DNA from: Proteromonas lacertae
Lineage: Eukaryota
DNA: 20,000 bases
Direction of reading: 5' to 3'
NCBI GenBank assembly: GCA_002245135.1
Contig: NGBS01000894.1
Location: forward strand, 113,807-133,806
The notes beneath the pieces were generated by a model. The model searched no databases, was not told where the DNA came from, and was given only the letters and a program-made list of their open reading frames with translations. Shown here one piece after another: positions 1 through 10,086 of the stretch. The position numbers and the translations under genes are program-made. Each line of letters starts with the position of its first letter. Position 1 is the stretch's first letter.

Positions 1-3000
1 ATTCGAGATAAATGGAAAAGAAAACAGTTCAATAATAATAGGAAACAAGAATTCTGAGACAAATCTATTTGGTTCAAAGATCTCAATAGAAAGTAATAAT
101 AAATTAGAGATATCAAATAATAACGATGAAAAATTAAAATTGAATGGAAATAAGATATTAATAGGAAATGAAAATGAATCTAATATGAGTGAAACTAAAG
201 TAGGTTCAATCTATTTCTTATCAAATGAGACAATATTGAATGGTAGTATAAGTATTGAAAGTGGTAAAGGTGTAAACAGTGGAAATATAATAATCGAAGG
301 AATGGTAGATAAGAATACAAATAAAGAAGGTAGTTCAATAATATTAGAAAGTAATAAAGTGAATGGTTCTATTGAAATATCTAGTGGAAGTGGTTTAAAA
401 TCCAATGGTTCAATAATCTTTGAAAGTGGTTCAAACGATAACAAAGTCGGTGAAATATTTATAAATAATGAGAATATAAAATTTAATAATGTAGTAAAGT
501 TTGAAGATAATGAAAATGGTAAAATCATAATTAAGAATGATATTGTGAAGTTACATTCAAATAATCAAATAAAGATTGAATCAAAAAGTTCAAATATAGA
601 ATCTGCTGCAATTAATGTTAAATCTGCTAATACTATTATTGAATCAGAGTCTGCACATGCAAAATCAAAATCCACAGATATTCAATCAAACATATTAAGA
701 TTTGAAAATCAAAATTCAATTAAAATATCTACAAACAAAAATGGTTCAATCAAAATGAATAGTGTATCTAGTTCGATCGAAATGAATGAAATAACAATTA
801 GAGCATACGATGAATCTAATACTAAAGCTGATAAAATGAGAATTGAAAGTAGCTCAATCCATATCTTATCAAATGAGACAATATTGAATGGTAGTATAAG
901 TATTGAAAGTGGTAAAGGTGTAAACAGTGGAAATATAATAATCGAAGGAATGGTAGATAAGAATACAAATAAAGAAGGTAGTTCAATAATATTAGAAAGT
1001 AATAAAGTGAATGGTTCTATTGAAATATCTAGTGGAAGTGGTTTAAAATCCAATGGTTCAATAATCTTTGAAAGTGGTTCAAACGATAACAAAGTCGGTG
1101 AAATATCAATAAACAGTGATAAGATGGAGATAGGTAAAGAATTGAAATTGGAAAGTGGTAAAGGTTTAATAAATGGCAATATAAATATTGAAAGTAAGAT
1201 ATTTGAATTAAATAATAAAGAAAAATCTATGAAGATAGAAAATATGAATGGTAGTTTATTATTGAACAGTAGTAAATTAATATTAAATAATGATGAAATA
1301 ATATTAGGCAACAAAGATTTAGAGAGACTGGAAATCTCCTCTTCGAAAGAAAATATCGAAATGTCTAGTATAAATGGTAAGAAATCGATAAGAATCAATT
1401 CTACAAGTGAAGGTAAAATCAATGAAATAAAGATCGAAAATTCGGAGACAATAATCGATAGTGAAAAATTCGAGATAAATGGAAAAGAAAACAGTTCAAT
1501 AATAATAGGAAACAAGAATTCTGAGACAAATCTATTTGGTTCAAAGATCTCAATAGAAAGTAATAATAAATTAGAGATATCAAATAATAACGATGAAAAA
1601 TTAAAATTGAATGGAAATAAGATATTAATAGGAAATGAAAATGAATCTAATATGAGTGAAACTAAAGTAGGTTCAATCTATTTCTTATCAAATGAGACAA
1701 TATTGAATGGTAGTATAAGTATTGAAAGTGGTAAAGGTGTAAACAGTGGAAATATAATAATCGAAGGAATGGTAGATAAGAATACAAATAAAGAAGGTAG
1801 TTCAATAATATTAGAAAGTAATAAAGTGAATGGTTCTATTGAAATATCTAGTGGAAGTGGTTTAAAATCCAATGGTTCAATAATCTTTGATAGTGAAGTA
1901 AATGAGTTTAACTCAGAAATGGTTATAATAAAATCTCAAGAGATGAAATCCAAACCTACTGGTAAAGCCAGTATTAATAGTAATAAGTTAACAATGACTA
2001 TAAAAGATGATATTAAAATTAATAGTGATTCAATATCTATAAAATCTGTAAAACCAGCAGAAGTAAGATCTAAATTGACGAAACTACAAGGTGGATCATC
2101 ATCAGAAAAAGGAGGTTCTATAATGGTATCTGAAATTTTATTAAATAATACTGAAAATTCAATTCATTTTACCGATTCTAATCGTTCTGTTGATCATGGA
2201 AGTGGTATAGAGCTGAAAATAAACGAAATTTTAAGTGATAATATAACCTTATCAAGCGGTGATGGTAATAATGAAAGTGGTGATGTATATATTCACAGTG
2301 AAAAGAAGTTGATATTAAATAATAATGACATAAAATTGAACAGTGGTAATGGAAATAAGAATAGTGGTTCAATAAAGTTGAATAGTAGTTCATTGTTGCT
2401 AACTGTAAATGAAACAGTATTAAAGAGTGGTAATAGTGAAAAAGAAAGTGGTAATATCGAAATTAATAGTAAAGAATTGGTAAAAATGAATAGTGAAGAT
2501 ATAAATATATCATTAGGAAAGAATAATAAATTAAAAGAAGATAGTTCAATAATAATATCTGGTGGAAATAATAATTCAAGTGAAAACAATGTTGGATCAA
2601 TCCATATCTTATCAAATGAGACAATATTGAATGGTAGTATAAGTATTGAAAGTGGTAAAGGTGTAAACAGTGGAAATATAATAATCGAAGGAATGGTAGA
2701 TAAGAATACAAATAAAGAAGGTAGTTCAATAATATTAGAAAGTAATAAAGTGAATGGTTCTATTGAAATATCTAGTGGAAGTGGTTTAAAATCCAATGGT
2801 TCAATAATCTTTGAAAGTGGTTCAAACGATAACAAAGTCGGTGAAATATCAATAAACAGTGATAAGATGGAGATAGGTAAAGAATTGAAATTGGAAAGTG
2901 GTAAAGGTTTAATAAATGGCAATATAAATATTGAAAGTAAGATATTTGAATTAAATAATAAAGAAAAATCTATGAAGATAGAAAATATGAATGGTAGTTT

Positions 3001-6000
3001 ATTATTGAACAGTAGTAAATTAATATTAAATAATGATGAAATAATATTAGGCAACAAAGATTTAGAGAGACTGGAAATCTCCTCTTCGAAAGAAAATATC
3101 GAAATGTCTAGTATAAATGGTAAGAAATCGATAAGAATCAATTCTACAAGTGAAGGTAAAATCAATGAAATAAAGATCGAAAATTCGGAGACAATAATCG
3201 ATAGTGAAAAATTCGAGATAAATGGAAAAGAAAACAGTTCAATAATAATAGGAAACAAGAATTCTGAGACAAATCTATTTGGTTCAAAGATCTCGATAGA
3301 AAGTGATGAAATAATAATGAAGAGTGAAAAGTCGTCTGGAATAATAATGTCCGATATAAATGGTACAATCTCCCTAAATAGTATAAAAGAAAATATGAAT
3401 AATTCAATAATAATGGAAAGTATGTCAAAAGGAGAAATCGAATTATCTAGTGAAAAATCAATCGAAATTTCAAGTGATAAGAAAGATAGTTCAATAATAA
3501 TATCTGGTGGAAATAATAATTCAAGTGAAAACAATGTTGGATCAATCCATATCTTATCAAATGAGACAATATTGAATGGTAGTATAAGTATTGAAAGTGG
3601 TAAAGGTGTAAACAGTGGAAATATAATAATCGAAGGAATGGTAGATAAGAATACAAATAAAGAAGGTAGTTCAATAATATTAGAAAGTAATAAAGTGAAT
3701 GGTTCTATTGAAATATCTAGTGGAAGTGGTTTAAAATCCAATGGTTCAATAATCTTTGAAAGTGGTTCAAACGATAACAAAGTCGGTGAAATATCAATAA
3801 ACAGTGATAAGATGGAGATAGGTAAAGAATTGAAATTGGAAAGTGGTAAAGGTTTAATAAATGGCAATATAAATATTGAAAGTAAGATATTTGAATTAAA
3901 TAATAAAGAAAAATCTATGAAGATAGAAAATATGAATGGTAGTTTATTATTGAACAGTAGTAAATTAATATTAAATAATGATGAAATAATATTAGGCAAC
4001 AAAGATTTAGAGAGACTGGAAATCTCCTCTTCGAAAGAAAATATCGAAATGTCTAGTATAAATGGTAAGAAATCGATAAGAATCAATTCTACAAGTGAAG
4101 GTAAAATCAATGAAATAAAGATCGAAAATTCGGAGACAATAATCGATAGTGAAAAATTCGAGATAAATGGAAAAGAAAACAGTTCAATAATAATAGGAAA
4201 CAAGAATTCTGAGACAAATCTATTTGGTTCAAAGATCTCAATAGAAAGTAATAATAAATTAGAGATATCAAATAATAACGATGAAAATTAAATGTGAAAA
4301 AGTCGTCTGGAATAATAATGTCCGATATAAATGGTACAATCTCCCTAAATAGTATAAAAGAAAATATGAATAATTCAATAATAATGGAAAGTATGTCAAA
4401 AGGAGAAATCGAATTATCTAGTGAAAAATCAATCGAAATTTCAAGTGATAAGAAAGATAGTTCAATAATAATATCTGGTGGAAATAATAATTCAAGTGAA
4501 AACAAATGTTGGATCAATCTATTTCTTATCAAATGAGACAATATTGAATGGTAGTATAAGTATTGAAAGTGGTAAAGGTGTAAACAGTGGAAATATAATA
4601 ATCGAAGGAATGGTAGATAAGAATACAAATAAAGAAGGTAGTTCAATAATATTAGAAAGTAATAAAGTGAATGGTTCTATTGAAATATCTAGTGGAAGTG
4701 GTTTAAAATCCAATGGTTCAATAATCTTTGAAAGTGGTTCAAACGATAACAAAGTCGGTGAAATATCAATAAACAGTGATAAGATGGAGATAGGTAAAGA
4801 ATTGAAATTGGAAAGTGGTAAAGGTTTAATAAATGGCAATATAAATATTGAAAGTAAGATATTTGAATTAAATAATAAAGAAAAATCTATGAAGATAGAA
4901 AATATGAATGGTAGTTTATTATTGAACAGTAGTAAATTAATATTAAATAATGATGAAATAATATTAGGCAACAAAGATTTAGAGAGACTGGAAATCTCCT
5001 CTTCGAAAGAAAATATCGAAATGTCTAGTATAAATGGTAAGAAATCGATAAGAATCAATTCTACAAGTGAAGGTAAAATCAATGAAATAAAGATCGAAAA
5101 TTCGGAGACAATAATCGATAGTGAAAAATTCGAGATAAATGGAAAAGAAAACAGTTCAATAATAATAGGAAACAAGAATTCTGAGACAAATCTATTTGGT
5201 TCAAAGATCTCGATAGAAAGTGATGAAATAATAATGAAGAGTGAAAAGTCGTCTGGAATAATAATGTCCGATATAAATGGTACAATCTCCCTAAATAGTA
5301 TAAAAGAAAATATGAATAATTCAATAATAATGGAAAGTATGTCAAAAGGAGAAATCGAATTATCTAGTGAAAAATCAATTCGAAATTTCAAGTGATAAGA
5401 AAGATAGTTCAATAATAATATCTGGTGGAAATAATAATTCAAGTGAAAACAATGTTGGATCAATCTATTTCTTATCAAATGAGACAATATTGAATGGTAG
5501 TATAAGTATTGAAAGTGGTAAAGGTGTAAACAGTGGAAATATAATAATCGAAGGAATGGTAGATAAGAATACAAATAAAGAAGGTAGTTCAATAATATTA
5601 GAAAGTAATAAAGTGAATGGTTCTATTGAAATATCTAGTGGAAGTGGTTTAAAATCCAATGGTTCAATAATCTTTGAAAGTGGTTCAAACGATAACAAAG
5701 TCGGTGAAATATCAATAAACAGTGATAAGATGGAGATAGGTAAAGAATTGAAATTGGAAAGTGGTAAAGGTTTAATAAATGGCAATATAAATATTGAAAG
5801 TAAGATATTTGAATTAAATAATAAAGAAAAATCTATGAAGATAGAAAATATGAATGGTAGTTTATTATTGAACAGTAGTAAATTAATATTAAATAATGAT
5901 GAAATAATATTAGGCAACAAAGATTTAGAGAGACTGGAAATCTCCTCTTCGAAAGAAAATATCGAAATGTCTAGTATAAATGGTAAGAAATCGATAAGAA

Positions 6001-6091
6001 TCAATTCTACAAGTGAAGGTAAAATCAATGAAATAAAGATCGAAAATTCGGAGACAATAATCGATAGTGAAAAATTCGAGATAAATGGAAA
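1..6091 (+). repeat. Intragenic near-identical modular direct repeats (7 copies of a ~210-nt core; 5 long ~630-700-nt copies; 945-nt and 819-nt periods)
   Basis: The anchor tcaaatgagacaatattgaatgg occurs at 221, 869, 1688, 2612, 3557, 4529 and 5475, giving spacings of 648, 819, 924, 945, 972 and 946 nt. Copies are identical even at synonymous sites apart from a few diagnostic variants. Confidence 0.97.
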
Positions 6092-6860
6092 GAAGATATC
6101 AATAGTCAGTATAAATGATAGTAAGTATCAATCAATTAAGACAAAATTACAATCTAAGAAAATCAAATTTAGTATGAACGTTAGTGAACCATTAGTAGTG
6201 AAATCACTTCATATTAGTAATAATGAAAATACATCTAATTTACATATATTATCAACCACTAATTCAAGTGAAGTAAATGTTATATCAAATTATATTAATA
6301 ATAAATCAAATATTATTACAATTTCATCCTTAAGTAGATCAAAATCTAATGTTCTTATTAATTCAAAGAATATATCTCTCAGTAGTGGAAGAAATGGAAA
6401 TGTTACAATAGAATCTGATGAAATGAGAATAAAATCAAATTCTGCTAAGAAGTCAAAGATAGTATTTAATGCAAGTAGTAATAACTTACACTCAAATAAA
6501 TCTGTTTCAATTGATACAGGAAATAATTCAGTAAGTATAACAGAAGAAGGTTTAACTGTGAAGAGAAAGAATTTACCTGAAGGTTTAACTCCATTTATAT
6601 TAACTGGTTTAACAACATTTGAATATAATGTGAATGGTACTCTTCAAATATATGCATGTGAACGTCATGCATTCCCTGATAATAAGGTTAAATACAATGA
6701 TTTTGTTAAAATAACAGTTTCAGGAAAAGAATCAGAAAATGTTGATTCTTCTGTGTTTATAAATAAGAAGTTCAAAGGAGTAAGAATATGTAGTAGAGAT
6801 AAATCAGTCAATTATGATTTAACAATAAAAGCATTAGTATATCAATCAGGAAACAAATAA
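2..6860 (+). CDS. Giant modular repeat protein (5'-truncated, >2200 aa in window), S/N/I/E/K/G-rich, putative beta-solenoid/fibre with unique C-terminal domain; contains probable artefactual frameshifts
   Basis: Frame is open from position 2 (FEINGKENSS...), so the start lies upstream of the window. ORFs 140-4291, 4294-4536, 4478-5395 and 5367-6860 encode the same repeats. They are joined by a garbled junction at ~4283-4301, an extra A at ~4504-4506 and an extra T at ~5379-5380. TAA stop at 6858-6860. No introns are needed. Confidence 0.85.
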
Positions 6861-6969
6861 TTAATCTATATCATATTATTATTATTATTATAAAATTATA
6901 TTCATTATATTAATTGTGTTGTTTATTGGAAAAAGAAATAAAAATTTCAAACATATAAAAATTAATTAT

Positions 6970-7764
6970 TTATTTTCTTCTCATATTTCCCATTTTTCTT
7001 TTCATTGATTTTGTTTGGTATTTTGTTGGAGACATATATCTTGGATCTGAAGTTAAAATTGTTTGAAGTTCTTCTTGAGATTTAGGGAGAGGAAGTGAGT
7101 TTTCTGCTCTCTTCTTTATACACCTGTGAATTTCTATAAAAATTATTTGAAATTGTAAGATTTTTATATACGTTCTTGCATTTCATACATTTTTAAAACT
7201 GCATTTACAACTTCGACATCAACTTTAGAATTTTCAGCTATTCTAAGTTTCTCTTTTCTCTTTATTAAAGTATAATTATCCAATTCTTCTTTCTAAATTA
7301 TAATTTACATATATAATAATAATACTTGACAATTATTCAGCACTGCCAGATAATTCTTCATATCTGTTACTTCAGGCTAACATTATATAACATTATCATT
7401 ATACTGACTTTTTTACTCCTGGAATGTATGATTTCCATCCATCTGCACCACTCATATCATAAGATTTCTATTATAAAAAAACATTATATTGACATTAAAT
7501 ACCTTCATAAATTCTTTAAATTGAGCTAATGTGTATCTATCACACGTGCTCATTTCTTTAATAATTTCTGACATTAATTTCTCTAAAAATAATAAAAATG
7601 TTAATACCTTGTTTCTCCAAATTTGATTTTTCTAATTTGTCAGTAACACTATTTTTTATTGAATCAATAATCCCAAAATATCGAATATTGTATAATGGCT
7701 TGTTATATTTCACATTCTGAATTGGTATACGAAACAATTTTATCGTACAAATTCTACTAAACAT
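6970..7764 (-). CDS. Stand-alone SRP54/Ffh M-domain (signal-peptide-binding) protein with mitochondrial-type N-terminal presequence; MAP67-like; 211 aa, 6 exons
   Basis: Exons 7764-7608, 7582-7503, 7467-7405, 7376-7326, 7292-7172 and 7133-6970; GT-AG introns of 25, 35, 28, 33 and 38 nt; spliced length 636 nt, fully open. Core YTLAQFKEFMKK...WKSYIPGV...LAVLNNCQKEELDNYTLIKRKEKLRIAENSKVDVEVVNAVLKMYEM aligns by eye to the Ffh M domain (FDLNDF...LPGM...AIINSMTxKER.P.II.GSRKRRIA.G.G..VQDVNRLLKQF..M). The N-terminus MFSRICTIKLFRIPIQNVKYNKPLYNIRYF is basic, has no acidic residues and ends in RYF. Confidence 0.8.
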
Positions 7765-7877
7765 AATCTTTACAAAACTATTCCAAAATTCAATTGAAAA
7801 ATGAAAAAACAATTTCCAAGCTTTTTCGAACTTTTCTTATTTAAATTTAAATTTTATGATAAACCATCAAATTTGAG
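7765..7877. promoter_or_regulatory. Putative compact bidirectional promoter (113 nt between divergent start codons)
   Basis: Divergent ATGs at 7764 (-) and 7878 (+). The spacer is AT-rich and no specific element was identified. Confidence 0.5.
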
Positions 7878-8343
7878 ATGCCATACTATCATAGATTGGA
7901 TAGCGATTCTTTTGAAGATGATGGTTCAGAAGAAGCACAGCCTTTTAGTGTATTTTTCAGACTCAATTCTTTTGTAGTTAAGCTATCAACAACAAATTCA
8001 ACATTTAGATGAATTGAACAGTCATTTAGAAGAAATTGGACATTTATCATTGGCAGTTGGAGATCGTTTAGAAGAACAAGGGAAGTATTATTTATTGATT
8101 CAATATATTAGACTATTAGAGGGAGTAGATAGTACTGTTGCAAACGCTATAGAATCTCATCATTTACTCAATAGACAAATGAATAGTCACAATTTTTCTT
8201 CCTATTCATTTAGTCATGAACTTGATTGTATCATTTGTTTAATTTTAATAATTATAATATTACTTATAATAGCTATAATAAAATCAATTTATTTTTATGT
8301 TTTGTCTTTCAATCTATACAAAAACAATGGTAAAACAACATAA
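7878..8343 (+). CDS. Small tail-anchored Qc-type SNARE (syntaxin-6/8 or Bet1-like class), 3 exons; true end may be 8293 through a poly(A)-made stop
   Basis: Exons 7878-7949, 7978-8084 and 8112-end; GT-AG introns of 28 and 27 nt. SNARE heptads QIQHLDELNSHLEEIGHLSLAVGDRLEEQGKLLEGVDSTV with a zero-layer Q, followed by the C-terminal TM segment CIICLILIIIILLIIAII. Confidence 0.8.
8298..8305 (+). terminator. Putative Blastocystis-type TG-rich polyadenylation element (TGTTTTGT)
   Basis: Resembles the TGTTTGTT downstream element known in Blastocystis and sits just after the SNARE TM codons. Related motifs follow other genes: + 6915-6924 TGTGTTGTTT; - 6953-6948 TGTTTG; - 8340-8333 TGTTGTTT. Confidence 0.45.
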
Positions 8344-8389
8344 TAACAATAATAATAATAATAATAATAATAATATATATATATATATA
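8343..8389. repeat. Compound (AAT)n/(TA)n microsatellite between convergent SNARE and B56-like genes
   Basis: ataacaataataataataataataataataatatatatatatatata seen directly. Confidence 0.9.
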
Positions 8390-8433
8390 CATGTATTATA
8401 ACGTCTTTTACTAAAAGATATATTACATACATT

Positions 8434-10023
8434 CTATCTCAATATTGTCAATATCAATCTGCAATCTTGAGAAATATCATTTAAATATTCAGATGAATTA
8501 GATTCTATGTCATTCAACTTCACCAAAAACTGAGTAAAACTATTTCTGTAAGAATAAAATAGATTCAAAAACGAAGATTCTTGACACCATAAAGATAAAT
8601 CATGAATAATTGGTTGACTTCCTTTTTTCAATATTTTGCAAAGTGCAATTCCCACTAAATCAACTATTTCATCATTCAATACTTTATCAAAATCTAATGT
8701 TAACTGTTTAATATAACAGAGGAACTTGGATTCCTATAAAAATAATAATATATAAATTATTATATTATAATACTTTTTCAATTGAAGAATTAGGCCAAAA
8801 CTTTAAAAGATTTTTGAGGAACTATAGATATATAATATTATTTAATAATATATACAACTGGCAATTGTTCATTAGATTGTTTAACTATTTTGCATATGAT
8901 ATTATAATATGGATCAGAAATAATCAAAAAATCATCTTTCTATTACAAAATATAATTACGAAAATTGAATACTTTAATTAATATATAAATAAGTTTAAGA
9001 TAGCTAGAACCCATATCTGATTCGGGGTCAAATGTATTTGTTAAATAAATTCTATTTAATAATAATAATAATAATAATAATACTCTGCAGATAAATTAAG
9101 TATATTAATAAACCCTACAATATTAATATCATTATAAATAAAATCATAAAAGACATGTAATATTTCATCTCTAAAATTAAACCTTGTCTCTGAATATTTC
9201 TTATAAATAATCTGATTTAATCTGTATATTGATTGAGATTGTTCTGCTGGAATTGTACTTAATACTCTGATTATTAGCGGAACAAAACTTCTTTTACTAA
9301 GTAAATATGAAGTGTGGGTATGAGTTACAGCAACTAGTAACAGTGAATAACATATCTATATAACTATTAAAAAAAATATATTTTATACTTCTCTTATAGT
9401 GTATAGTGGAGTGTCTTTTACTGGTAACGATGTGCAGGACAATATCACTTCCATCTATTATAATTATGATATAATTAATAGATACGAGGTCTATTAGTTG
9501 GGGTGTTGAATCACACAGCATTGTTGGATTAGGTTTATCACGAACTTGTTCAGCAACTGATTGAAGTATCTATTAATTATAAACGATATGCTCAAAATAC
9601 AGTAACTACTTCAGCAGTATTAGTATTAGTCTCAGGTGGTTGATTTGAAGTAAATAGTGACTTTAAATATGTTTGGCATGAGATGAATTTCATTGATATT
9701 GGATTTAATAATGCTTGTTCTTCTACCATCGATAAGCTTCGTGGCACTAATGATGTTCTTCTATTACTTCTGCTTGTAAACGTAGAATTAGATCTACTAA
9801 AATTAGTCTTACCAAAGACGAAACCTGGTGATGATGGTCTTCTCATACTTGTGCTAACAAATTTCTTTGAGTTTTGTCTGTGAAAAGATAGAGGTGGTGA
9901 CGTAGATCCAGGTTTGGGTGGAGTTGCTTTAATTGTTTGAGAAGATCTTTTAGATGGAACGATAGATGTTCCACTTGTAGAAAATTTAAATGTTGTAAAA
10001 TCATCATCACAATCTTTCGACAT
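8434..10023 (-). CDS. Divergent PP2A regulatory subunit B'/B56-family protein, 451 aa, 8 exons, with Ser/Thr/Arg/Pro-rich N-terminal extension
   Basis: Exons 10023-9601, 9569-9486, 9454-9389, 9355-9084, 9051-8973, 8939-8856, 8821-8774 and 8733-8434; introns of 31, 31, 33, 32, 33, 34 and 40 nt; spliced length 1356 nt, open. B56-like blocks: QIIYKKYSETRFNFRDEILHVFYDFIYNDINIVGFINILNL (cf. [42 protein letters not shown]) and LLKFWPNSSIEKESKFL (cf. LLKYWPKTHSPKEVMFL). Confidence 0.75.
9058..9082. repeat. (AAT)8 microsatellite making up most of a 32-nt intron of the B56-like gene
   Basis: The aat run lies inside intron 9083-9052 (minus strand gtattattatt...aaatag). Confidence 0.85.
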
Positions 10024-10086
10024 TTATAAAACTGAAATTTAAAAAATAATTATTGTGAAACGAATATAATTTTTAAATATAAATGA

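Noticed and set aside
211..6028. Long hydrophobic antisense ORFs (e.g. 2293-4203, 636 aa; 709-1515; 4519-5592; 5465-6028)
   Set aside because: Shadow ORFs. A stop in that antisense frame needs a sense Tyr codon after T/C, or a His/Gln codon after T, and these are almost absent from the repeat. The ORFs close exactly at the Tyr variant (cta at 211, 1678, 4519, 5465).
1..6091. CRISPR array, satellite or transposon interpretation of the repeats
   Set aside because: Units are hundreds of nt long, in frame and coding. There are no short repeat-spacer units, terminal inverted repeats or transposase/RT motifs.
8186..8213. Possible third SNARE intron (gtcac...tttag, 28 nt)
   Set aside because: The donor GTC is atypical here, and splicing would shift the frame and remove the TM anchor.
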